From: Nitrospiraceae bacterium
GTDB taxonomy: Bacteria; Nitrospirota; Nitrospiria; Nitrospirales; Nitrospiraceae
Reading direction: 5' to 3'
NCBI GenBank assembly: GCA_050246315.1
Contig: JBFWWG010000014.1
Coordinates: 1 to 64,000, forward strand
Length of the DNA: 64,000 nt
The position numbers and the translations under genes were made by a program. Numbering within the stretch: the first letter of the stretch is position 1; each line of letters starts with the position of its first letter. The notes below the pieces were generated by a model. The model saw only the letters and a program-made list of their open reading frames with translations, was not told the DNA's origin and made no database searches. Below, one piece after another: positions 35,144 through 43,346 of the stretch.

Positions 35144-35220
35144 AGGATTGCCTCGTTCCTTTGTTCAGGATTTCAACTGCTTAGCTTGCCGCTCCAGCCA
35201 TGATGCTGGTAAGACCTGGG

Positions 35221-35250
35221 AGTCTAGCAAAGGCTTAAGAATGGCGTCAA
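35221..35250 (-). promoter_or_regulatory. candidate sigma70 promoter for the NHL gene
   Basis: TTGACG-18-TAGACT with a TGn extended -10. Confidence 0.5.
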
Positions 35251-35386
35251 GGCAAGGGCCTGAGGGGTGGCTGGAGAGACTAGGAGGCTTGTCATGCCAA
35301 GGCATGAAGCCCTCTTCCGGCCACACATGATGTCGGCCCGTGAAGACCGGTTTCGAAGGCTGGGAGACTCCGCGACGGCGGAACGA

Positions 35387-36328
35387 TCAGGCGGTTGCCG
35401 ACTCCGGGACCAAATCCGGCATGGCCTCCGCTTCAACCGTCGCCTCGACTCGATCGCCGGATTCGTCCATTGTAAGGGGAGTCCCATCATGCAGGTCCGC
35501 CGTCAGCGAAGACGATGGGGCTATCCCCGTCGAATCCTCGGCCATCGCATCGGACAAACCCGGGTCGGGAGTGCGTTCGTCGTTCGTTCCATCCAACGCC
35601 GCTTCGCTCAAGAGCGACACTTGATCGCCTTCGCCGAGTTCTTTGAACTCGCGGAGCGGCGGAAGATCGGCCAAACTCTTGAGACCGAAATGTTCCAGGA
35701 AGTGCTTCGTCGTGCCGTACATGATCGGTCGACCCGGCTCTTCCTTGCGTCCGACCATCCGGACCAACTTGCGTTCCAACAGGGTCCGCAGCACACCGGA
35801 CGTTTCCACGCCGCGGATCTTTTCGATCTCTCCCCGGACGATCGGCTGGCGGTAGGCAATGATCGCCAACGATTCCACAGCCGACCGGGAGAGCTTCGCC
35901 GGCGTCTTCGCTTTCTCCAGACGTCTAATCCAGGGAGCAAACTGTTCTTTGGTCGCAAGTCGATATCCGCCGGCCACCTGTACGACCTGGAGTGCGCGTC
36001 CGTCGCGCAGGTAGTCTTGCTGGAGTTCACGAAGCGCCGTCACCACTTGGCTCTTGGTCACCTGCCCCAAGATCGTGGTGCACCGCTCGACCGAGAGCGG
36101 CTCACCCGCGACGAAGAGCAGCGCTTCCAGCACCGCCTTGACCTCCGCATCGACCGGCTCCACGTCATCCCGCTCTCCGGTCGCCTCCCGGTCGGTTTCC
36201 ACATCTGGATCAGGAGCCTTCATGACGCTCAGGTCGTCCATCGCAACAGCTTGCGCGCCTTCCTCATGTGATGCGATCTGTTCCGACAACGCCATCGGTT
36301 CGGTCATCGGCTCGATCAGGTCACTCAT
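35387..36328 (-). CDS. scpB: SMC-Scp complex subunit ScpB
   Basis: EALLFVAGEPL, LAIIAYRQPI, IRGV, GRPIMYGTTKHFLEHFGL. Confidence 0.95.
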   Translation of the reverse strand: MSDLIEPMTEPMALSEQIASHEEGAQAVAMDDLSVMKAPDPDVETDREATGERDDVEPVDAEVKAVLEALLFVAGEPLSVERCTTILGQVTKSQVVTALRELQQDYLRDGRALQVVQVAGGYRLATKEQFAPWIRRLEKAKTPAKLSRSAVESLAIIAYRQPIVRGEIEKIRGVETSGVLRTLLERKLVRMVGRKEEPGRPIMYGTTKHFLEHFGLKSLADLPPLREFKELGEGDQVSLLSEAALDGTNDERTPDPGLSDAMAEDSTGIAPSSSLTADLHDGTPLTMDESGDRVEATVEAEAMPDLVPESATA

Positions 36329-36349
36329 CGCCCCACCTCCTCATCCTGC

Positions 36350-37117
36350 TCAACTCTCCTCGACCAGGTCTTCGACATCCGACATGGCCGTAAAGGCCCG
36401 TGAAATCAAGATCGTGCCGAACAGCTCGGCTTGATACGCTCGGATAATTCGCAACCGGATCAATTCGAGCAAGGCCAGGAACGTCACGATGACCGTCACC
36501 CGCGTGACCGGCCCCTCGAACAACTCGCCGAACGTCGCGGATTCCTGTGCCTCCAGACGCTCCACGATCACATTCATTTGATTCCGCACCGTCAGGTGAT
36601 CCGGCACAATGTCCATCACGGTCGCGGCCGGCGTACGGGCCAGGATGTCGTGCAACGCATCGACCAGCTCAAACAGAGACACATCCTCTGCGAGATAGTC
36701 TTGGGGGTCGTTGGTGGGCAGCGGCTCAGGCGCCCTGGTGAAGACGTTCCGCCACCGCCGCGACTGATCTTCCAATTCAGTTGCCGCCTCTTTGAACTGC
36801 TTGTACTCCAAGAGACGACGGACCAATTCTTCGCGCGGATCGGGCCCGTCCTCGTCATCAAGGGCGCGCTCCTCCACCGGAAGCAACATGCGGGATTTGA
36901 TCTGCAACAGCGTCGCAGCCATGACAAGAAATTCTCCTGCCACGGCCAGATTCAACGACCGCATACTTTCCAGATAGTCGAGATACTGCTGGGCAATCAG
37001 CGCAATCGGGATATCGTAGATATTGATCTGATTCTGCCGGATGAGATGCAGCAACAGATCGAGCGGACCTTCAAACTTCTCAAGTCGCACCTGATAAGGA
37101 AGTTCGACCTGCTCCAC
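36350..37117 (-). CDS. scpA: segregation/condensation protein ScpA
   Basis: FEGPLDLLLHLI, FLVMAATLLQIKSRMLLP, TFLALLEL. Start 37117 (GTG) or 37165. Confidence 0.95.
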   Translation of the reverse strand: MEQVELPYQVRLEKFEGPLDLLLHLIRQNQINIYDIPIALIAQQYLDYLESMRSLNLAVAGEFLVMAATLLQIKSRMLLPVEERALDDEDGPDPREELVRRLLEYKQFKEAATELEDQSRRWRNVFTRAPEPLPTNDPQDYLAEDVSLFELVDALHDILARTPAATVMDIVPDHLTVRNQMNVIVERLEAQESATFGELFEGPVTRVTVIVTFLALLELIRLRIIRAYQAELFGTILISRAFTAMSDVEDLVEES

Positions 37118-37229
37118 AGTGTCCTTGGGCTTGATGGCTGAACGTTCGCGTGCAAGGCGGGACAATGGTGCTCTTATAGCAGCTTATTGGGGGTACCGGC
37201 AAGCCAAAACTCTATATGTGGTAGGTTTT

Positions 37230-38327
37230 TCAGCCGCTTCCGCGGGAGCGGCTTCTCGGACGATAGGTCTGCGCAAGAATCAAGAGTGTGAAAATGACGG
37301 CGACCGTGGCCACGAGAAAGATCGGCCACAAGACGGATTTGCCGGCGGGCAACCGTCGCTCCCCCTTGAATGTCGTTCTGCTGAATCCGGGCGCCTGCCC
37401 AAACTCGGCCGTGGAAAAATCGCCCGTCCCGTTGAAGACCGCATCCGCATAATCATTCACAGAACGGAAGACGGCTCCACGAAACAAGGCCGGTTGATCA
37501 AAGACCGTGAAGAGGAAATAGACCTCCCGTTCGAAGCGGCTCCGCGAGAAATCGGCGCCCGCTTGAAAATGGCTTCCGGAGAAGCCCGAACCCTGCCTGA
37601 ATTGGACGCCGGTGAAATTCGCCGGCCCACGGAAGGTCACTTCCAACAATTCCGCCAATCCGTTGAACGTCGCCTCGCGGAAGGACGCCGCCTCCTGAAA
37701 GACCGTCCGGTGAAATCGTGAGAGGACGTTGAACGTCGTCCGATCGAACAAGACGTCCCGCACGAACCTATCCTGAACAAAGAACCCTTCACGTGAAAAG
37801 ACGGCTCCGGACCAGTCTACGGGGCCGAGAAAGATGACACGCGACCAGTCTTGGAACCCCTCGAACCTCGTTCCGGTCATGGTCACGGCACCCTCGATCA
37901 CCAGATACCCATGCCGGCTGCGGTGAGTCATCGATCCGCGCACCGTGGAATCCCGGATCGTGATCCCGCCCTTCACGATGCGGATCTCCTCCGCGTCCTT
38001 CTGGGCGAGCCACTCGCGCACCAACACGGGTAGTTTCTGCCGCTCGCCGTCTAACGCAATCGGCAAGGCATCCAGGGTCAGGTCGCCGATCACCACAATT
38101 CCTTGGAGATCGAGCCCCTGCCCGTCCGTGAGCGCCTGCAGGAGATCTTGTGCGGCAACCGCCTGTTGCTGCCGCTCTTGCGGGGAACAGTCGGCACCAA
38201 GATGTCTGACAAAGACAGAGCGCTGTGATTCGAGGCCGACCGAGCGATCACAGGCCAGGGTTGGGCCGACGCCGCCCAGACCACCCAGCCAGACGATCAC
38301 AACACTGGCGAGTTGCAGGCCCCTCAT
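37230..38327 (-). CDS. exported pentapeptide-repeat protein with C-terminal membrane anchor
   Basis: Signal-like N-terminus, (F/A)xFxxxxF repeats (ASFREATF, ANFTGVQF, ADFSRSRF), C-terminal TM helix. Confidence 0.8.
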   Translation of the reverse strand: MRGLQLASVVIVWLGGLGGVGPTLACDRSVGLESQRSVFVRHLGADCSPQERQQQAVAAQDLLQALTDGQGLDLQGIVVIGDLTLDALPIALDGERQKLPVLVREWLAQKDAEEIRIVKGGITIRDSTVRGSMTHRSRHGYLVIEGAVTMTGTRFEGFQDWSRVIFLGPVDWSGAVFSREGFFVQDRFVRDVLFDRTTFNVLSRFHRTVFQEAASFREATFNGLAELLEVTFRGPANFTGVQFRQGSGFSGSHFQAGADFSRSRFEREVYFLFTVFDQPALFRGAVFRSVNDYADAVFNGTGDFSTAEFGQAPGFSRTTFKGERRLPAGKSVLWPIFLVATVAVIFTLLILAQTYRPRSRSRGSG

Positions 38328-38450
38328 GATTGGGCCATGGAAACTCCGACGAGGCTCCTCCCACGTCGGCGGTTGCTCGACCGGCGACGGTCGCGGACGT
38401 TTCCCATTTCTTCGAGATCGATTCACGGAATCTGCCCCACCGGCTACACT

Positions 38451-39398
38451 ATGGCCATGATGCCCTTCAGCCGCAAGCGGCTCTCCGGCATCGCGCAGAC
38501 CGAAATGCCGAATGCGCGTCCGCACGCCGCCTGGATGCCACCTGCCATTGTCCTGTCCCTGGTCCTCGCCTTGGCCTCGCCGACCGACGCACAGGTCGAA
38601 TCGGCGGTCGAAATTCCGCTGCTCGCTGCCTACCACGGCAACGACCGAGGGGTTCTGGAAATAGTGCTCATCCATTGGGACAGGAAGCCCTCGCCCAACC
38701 CGATCGCCCTCCGATGGATCGCACGGGATGTGGTCTATGGCCCGACTCACCTTCAGGCGATGGAAGCGGCGTTTCGGTATGCGATCCGGCGGACCTCTGC
38801 CTCGGCACGCGGCGCCCAGACCGGAACAGTTTCCGTGCGCGGCGATTCATACCTCCCCACGACCAGCGATGGCCCGAGCGCCGGGGCCGTGATGGCAGTG
38901 GGATTTCTTGCGTTGTTACGGGGAGACCCCATTCAACGGGGCATCGCCTTGACCGGCACGGTCGATTCGGATGGGCGGATTGGGCCGGTCGGGAACATTC
39001 CAGATAAGATCCGCGCCGCTGCCCGTGAGGGATTTCGGACGATTCTCATTCCAGGAGACCAGTACTATGATCCCCATTGGAATCTGGATCACTTAAGTGT
39101 GGAGTTGGGCGTCGCGATCCGGGAAGTGGCCACGATCGAAGAGGCCTACCATCTGATGACCGGCCGGCGTTTGTCGTCGACGGATCGGCCACCGGAAGCC
39201 TTGCTGAACGACGCCCTAGTCATCCTCTCGACTGAATTTCCTCCGCAGGAGCACTGCGGCGGTTTCGCCCCACCAAGGTGGACGGATGATCTGAGGGAAA
39301 CACGGAAGGAAACGTCTTGTCTCATGCCCGGGGCAGGCGCTGATCCATGGATCGGACAGCGGGTGGTACGAACAAGGGCTTCCTATCGCTCGTCGTAA
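38451..39398 (+). CDS. stand-alone Lon C-terminal (S16) protease domain protein
   Basis: DGPSAG serine motif; ALTGTVDSDGRIGPVGNIPDKIRAA lysine motif; no AAA+ domain. Start uncertain. Confidence 0.8.
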   Translation: MAMMPFSRKRLSGIAQTEMPNARPHAAWMPPAIVLSLVLALASPTDAQVESAVEIPLLAAYHGNDRGVLEIVLIHWDRKPSPNPIALRWIARDVVYGPTHLQAMEAAFRYAIRRTSASARGAQTGTVSVRGDSYLPTTSDGPSAGAVMAVGFLALLRGDPIQRGIALTGTVDSDGRIGPVGNIPDKIRAAAREGFRTILIPGDQYYDPHWNLDHLSVELGVAIREVATIEEAYHLMTGRRLSSTDRPPEALLNDALVILSTEFPPQEHCGGFAPPRWTDDLRETRKETSCLMPGAGADPWIGQRVVRTRASYRSS

Positions 39399-39880
39399 TC
39401 GTCTCCCGAATTTCCGAGAAGATCGTCCGATTTATCGAGATAGTCCACATCCTCGTCTTCGTCGTCCAGGGCAAGGTCCTCGGACATGTCATCTTCCAGC
39501 GGTTCTTCCCCGAGGTCGATCTCCTCCTCTCCCAGTTCCTCGTCCATCTCCTCCATTTCATCCGGTTCGAGAGGAGGGAGCGGTTTCCCCGTTGAAGCCG
39601 TCTTCTTTTCGGCCGGTGCTACGGCTTTCCCGGCCGCAACCGCCCTCTGTTCCGATTTGGATTCAGCCTTGCCCGGGCTTTTCTTTGCGGCAGACTTCTT
39701 GACAAACTTGGCCGACATTTTCGAGGGACCCTTTTTCGCCTTCTTCGTTGCAGGCCCAGCTTGACGTGCCGACGCTGTCTTTGCGGCTTTCTTTTTCATC
39801 GGCTTCTTGGCAGAGCTTGCGGCAGGCTTGCTGGTAGGTTTTTTCCCAGACTTCTTTCCGCCCTTCTTCGCAGGGGCCAT
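39383..39880 (-). CDS. low-complexity protein: Lys/Ala-rich (histone H1-like) N-terminus and Asp/Glu-rich C-terminus
   Basis: MAPAKKGGKKSGKK...; C-terminal EEMDEELGEEEIDL...DDEDED; GGGAGG RBS. Confidence 0.8.
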   Translation of the reverse strand: MAPAKKGGKKSGKKPTSKPAASSAKKPMKKKAAKTASARQAGPATKKAKKGPSKMSAKFVKKSAAKKSPGKAESKSEQRAVAAGKAVAPAEKKTASTGKPLPPLEPDEMEEMDEELGEEEIDLGEEPLEDDMSEDLALDDEDEDVDYLDKSDDLLGNSGDDYDER

Positions 39881-40245
39881 CGTTTGCGTTCCTCCCTCTT
39901 CACAAGCGATCGACGGTGATCACGAGGGCACCATCTAGCACGAATGAATAGCGGGTTTCAACCGCAGAATCATGCAGCCCTTATGCGGGCATCGTGCCCA
40001 ACGGGAGCACCGCGTGCACGGTCAAACCGGTCGTCGTCTCACCCGTCCGATCTAAGCGCATGTCTCTCACCCGCCCAACTCCGGTGCGGCGGGACACCTC
40101 GGTCTACGGGCGAGGTCGCGGCGAGCAGGAGCATGAATATCTGTCATTCGTCAAAAGTATTGGAGCGGCAACGCATCTCACCTTATCCATCTCATCGCAG
40201 TTCGATTGACAGGTGACAGTTGACGCATGACGGTCAAGCCCATCG

Positions 40246-40281
40246 GCGAGAACGAAGCTGGCAGGCCTTTTCGATAGCCTG
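40246..40281. repeat. half copy of the 20248-type MITE end
   Basis: gcgagaacgaagctggcaggccttttcgatagcctg vs gcgagaacaaagctggcggactttttcaacaccctg. Confidence 0.6.
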
Positions 40282-40303
40282 TCAGCTCCGACAGCGCAGC
40301 GGC

Positions 40304-40477
40304 GGGGCCGTCGGCCTGGCCGACCGGCCCCGATCGCCTCACCTAGGCCCTCTCTTCAACCTCCCCGATTTGTCGGGAGGCCGGGAAACAGGCTCATGGA
40401 CACCCGCTGCCTCACCCGGCCTGTCCGTGAATAGACCGGCTCTGGGCCGGTGCCATCCACTGAGCCGTGCGGGTGGA
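40304..40477 (-). ncRNA. structured spacer 3' of the template repeat (putative DGR-RNA priming region)
   Basis: Three stem-loops at 40416-40439, 40360-40380 and 40304-40331, directly after the template-like segment; no credible ORF. Confidence 0.6.
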
Positions 40478-40597
40478 CTGGATCAGACGGAAGCCGATGA
40501 TGTTGTTCCGGTAGTTGGCATCGCCCCAGCTCCGGTCTGACGTCCGCAGGTTCTCCGGTTTGTTGTTCCAGGACCCTCACCGGATCAGGCACCGGCC
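40478..40597 (-). repeat. DGR template-repeat (TR)-like sequence
   Basis: Reads GRCLIR*GSWNNKPENLRTSDRSWGDANYRNNIIGFRLIQ with six AAC codons. Non-coding (in-frame TGA, no upstream FGE body). Gaplessly collinear with the 3' ends of both TIR-FGE genes. Confidence 0.85.
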
Positions 40598-40824
40598 GAC
40601 TCTTGGCATGCCCTCCCATTGAACAGCGTAGACCGTTAGGCTGCCAGACCATCTGGTGCATCAGGGGCACCTGGACCAGATAGCATCCTCTGGCTACCAT
40701 GCGGTCTGCGAAGCGTTTGAGGGAGGACGTCTCCCATGTTAAAGGCAAGGCGAACAACAAGACCGTCGGGATCTCACGTGGAGTATGGGAGGGGGCGAGG
40801 ACTAATCCGAGATACGACACTCTT

Positions 40825-40947
40825 ATGGAGGAACTGGAAGACCTTGAGGATCTCCACCGGGAGAAGGCCAAGAAGGAGAAAGGATCTCCATTGGAGGAAG
40901 TGCTGAAGGAATATGAAGTGCCTCACCACGTCCAGCTTGATCGGTGA
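40825..40947 (+). pseudogene. antitoxin (Phd/RelB-like) C-terminal remnant
   Basis: MEELEDLEDL...AKKEKGSPLEEVLKEY; the stop overlaps (TGATG) the start of a RelE-like fragment. Confidence 0.55.
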
Positions 40948-41102
40948 TGGCTTACGAGGTCATCTTCACCCCTCGTACCAGACGAACGTTCCTTCACCTC
41001 CCGACGACTATTGCTCGCAAAATCGCACAAGCCCTTCAGACACTTGCGGACAATCCGAGATCACATCTGTCGATCAAATTGTCCGGCGGAGAAGGATACC
41101 GT
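40947..41102 (+). pseudogene. RelE/ParE-family toxin, 3'-truncated
   Basis: MAYEVIFTPRTRRTFLHLP...LADNPRSHLSIKLSGGEGYR, then runs into the antisense of brnA; the usual xRVGDYRIIY half is missing. Confidence 0.7.
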
Positions 41103-41381
41103 TCAGGCAACCATGATCCGTTTCATTCTCTTGACCTCCTGCTCCAGTCGATTCAGACGGGACTCCATCGTGGCTCGCCTGTGTTGGCCTGTTATCAAGA
41201 GGCGGCCCAGCAAGGTCTCATATGGCACACCGGTCTGCCGAGCAGCCTGTCTCAGGCCTCGGAAGCTGCTAGAATCGATATTGATTGTGATTCGTACAGC
41301 CTTCTGCCGCGCAAATGCAGCCCGCAGCTTGGCCGTGCCCGCCTCATCCACCTTCAGGCGTTCGAGCTTTGGTTCTCTCAT
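41103..41381 (-). CDS. BrnA/CopG-like ribbon-helix-helix antitoxin
   Basis: RITINIDS...LRQAARQTGVPYETLLGRLL; overlaps the end of brnT. Confidence 0.75.
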   Translation of the reverse strand: MREPKLERLKVDEAGTAKLRAAFARQKAVRITINIDSSSFRGLRQAARQTGVPYETLLGRLLITGQHRRATMESRLNRLEQEVKRMKRIMVA

Positions 41382-41640
41382 CGTACAACCTCCGAAACCT
41401 TCGCCATTCGGCTGATCCAATGATACGAATCTTGCTGCCCCTCATGGTAAACCGTGTGGTGAGGACCCGCCCCGTCGAGGTTTGCCCCAGCCAGAAAAAC
41501 CGATTCTCTTTCAGAGAATGCTTCGCGTCAACGAGCTGAACCCCCTTCTGATCGAAGAACGATTCCACCGCCTCTGAAAATGTCACGCCGTGTTTGCGGA
41601 TATTTATCAGCTCCTTTGATATATCCCACTCGAATTCCAT
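41344..41640 (-). CDS. brnT: BrnT-family (DUF497) ribonuclease toxin
   Basis: MEFEWDxxKxxxNIRKHGVTFSEA...F.D...HS..ENRF..LG...IRII. Confidence 0.88.
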   Translation of the reverse strand: MEFEWDISKELINIRKHGVTFSEAVESFFDQKGVQLVDAKHSLKENRFFWLGQTSTGRVLTTRFTMRGSKIRIIGSAEWRRFRRLYDERTKARTPEGG

Positions 41641-41732
41641 CTACGCAGCCATACTCGATTGGCATGGATCATACCATAGGCCACAGTGCCTCCGTCCTTC
41701 TTGTTCTCCTGAGAAATGGGCGGGGCAATTTC

Positions 41733-41772
41733 TTTCGGAAGGGTAAAGGGTAAAAGGACAAAGGGTAAAGGG
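41733..41772 (-). repeat. 40-nt cccttt(a/g) repeat tract after the stop of TIR-FGE gene 2
   Basis: ccctttaccctttgtccttttaccctttacccttccgaaa. Confidence 0.85.
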
Positions 41773-43185
41773 CTAGGGCTCAAGGTCCTGGACAAGACGG
41801 AATCCCAGGTTGAGGAACCGGTTGCCGGCACCGTCCCTGCTCCGGATCGACGCACGGAGGCCCTCCGGTACGTCGAACCAGGACCCGCCGCGGATCACAC
41901 GCCGGCCGCAATCGCCTTTGCCCCCCTCGAGCCAAGCTGAGCCATCAGTCGGCGCCCCCTGATAACTGTTGTGCCAGCAATCCTCCACCCATTCCCAGAC
42001 ATTGCCACTCATGTCATAGAGGCCGACGCTGTTGGGCTTTTTGCTCCCAGCCGGCGACGAGCGATCTGCCCTGAACACCGCATAGTCCGGCAGTAACTTT
42101 TCATCCGAGGTCCCAGCCCAGGTTTCTGCCTTGCCTCCGCTTCGCGCCGCATATTCCCATTCCGCTTCCGTCGGCAATCGATAGCGCTTGCCTGTCTGTT
42201 GCGACAACCACCCGCCATAAGCCTTGGCATCCTCCCACAACACATTGATCACAGGCCGTCGACCGCGGCCCCAAGCCTCATCGTGCGGCAGGGACCGCTT
42301 GGTCTCCTCGGCGAATCGGTCATACTCCTCAAACGTGACCTCGCAGGTACCAATGGCAAACGGTTTGACATTGACAGTGTGAACCGGTTGCTCATCAGTA
42401 CTGGCGCTCCCTGCGTCGGGCCCCATTTGAAATTCTCCGCCTTCTACCAGAATCATTTCCGGCTCGAACCCCGGAAGAGTTCCACAAGCTGAAGAATGGC
42501 GTGTCACAGTCGCCGACGCACTCAATTCATCCAGTCCCCACCGCGCCAATCCCCATGCGCCGAGCACAAGGATGATCAGCACCATCGCCAATGTGCCAAA
42601 CCTGACACCTCGGCCAATCCCCGTGCGCCAAGGGAGCCCTTTTTCGCCAGCCAGCAGAGCCGGCCCTGTTTCTTCGGCGCGGGCCGCATGCTGCGGCTTT
42701 GGAGTTTTCAGAGCCGGCTCCGGCTTATCCGACTCTTCTTGTAGTTGCGATGCAGTATGTGCTTCACGTCCTACCGAACGATCACGAATAGCTTGAAAGA
42801 GCTTCTGAATCGCCATGTCATCATCGAGACCGCTGCGCAGATCCACCCACTGGTAGATAGGAGAGCCGAACGGTTTCTCAGCGCCTGGCAGCAATACTGA
42901 AATGATGGGAAAGCGTTGGGCACCTCGGTTAGCCGCGTGATGCTGCAGCGCCAGATATAGTGCGACCTGCCGTGAGCCCATCTCTACCCGCCCAATGCAG
43001 AGAGCCACCACTCGGTATTGGGCCAGCATCTCCTCCAATTCCTGGGGCCAGGGCTTCCATGGCTCCCGACGCTCGGAAAGCACCACCTTGAGCCTCCGTG
43101 TACGCAACTGCCAGCCGAGTGCCTCTACCTGTGCACGATCGTACGGGTGGTAGCTCAGAAGGACATCGACCTGATCAGCCTCCAC
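41773..43185 (-). CDS. TIR - transmembrane - FGE-sulfatase (C-type lectin fold) protein; DGR target with variable region 41788-41907
   Basis: DVLLSYH...LxxxL...VVALCIG...PIISVLLPG...WVDLR (TIR_2-like); TM helix FGTLAMVLIILVLGAWGLA; RLPTEAEWEYAAR, YDMSGNVWEWVEDCWH, RVIRGGSW...LGFRLVQD. Confidence 0.9.
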   Translation of the reverse strand: MEADQVDVLLSYHPYDRAQVEALGWQLRTRRLKVVLSERREPWKPWPQELEEMLAQYRVVALCIGRVEMGSRQVALYLALQHHAANRGAQRFPIISVLLPGAEKPFGSPIYQWVDLRSGLDDDMAIQKLFQAIRDRSVGREAHTASQLQEESDKPEPALKTPKPQHAARAEETGPALLAGEKGLPWRTGIGRGVRFGTLAMVLIILVLGAWGLARWGLDELSASATVTRHSSACGTLPGFEPEMILVEGGEFQMGPDAGSASTDEQPVHTVNVKPFAIGTCEVTFEEYDRFAEETKRSLPHDEAWGRGRRPVINVLWEDAKAYGGWLSQQTGKRYRLPTEAEWEYAARSGGKAETWAGTSDEKLLPDYAVFRADRSSPAGSKKPNSVGLYDMSGNVWEWVEDCWHNSYQGAPTDGSAWLEGGKGDCGRRVIRGGSWFDVPEGLRASIRSRDGAGNRFLNLGFRLVQDLEP

Positions 43186-43234
43186 GTGTTTTCTACCAGT
43201 TCAATCCGGTCTGAAGATGATCGAAATTGGCACA

Positions 43235-43292
43235 AGGCTACTTTTTAGGCAAGGTCATCTCAACTAGCAGGTCCGTGGAAATACCAGTATTT
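43235..43292 (-). promoter_or_regulatory. sigma70 promoter plus upstream palindromic box of TIR-FGE gene 2
   Basis: TTGAGA-17-TAGCCT (43263-43235); AAATAC-ca-GTATTT at 43279-43292, with the same spacing as at gene 1. Confidence 0.75.
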
Positions 43293-43346
43293 AGCGGAGC
43301 TTCGGCGAATAGAAGGGATTGAATGGCCTTACCTGCTCAAGGCCTC

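Noticed and set aside
39890..40300. Searched for a reverse transcriptase or Avd remnant downstream of the template
   Set aside because: No YxDD-type motif or RT-like translation was found here or in any track ORF; I saw only a MITE half and intergenic sequence.
40356..40871. 171-aa minus-strand ORF overlapping the template repeat
   Set aside because: It has no recognisable family, crosses the TR in a different frame from the FGE-like reading, and is antisense to the antitoxin remnant.
18766..43185. Calling the two FGE-sulfatase genes formylglycine-generating enzymes
   Set aside because: The catalytic CxxxxC motif after RGGS is absent and no sulfatase is nearby; they are better read as lectin-fold binding domains.
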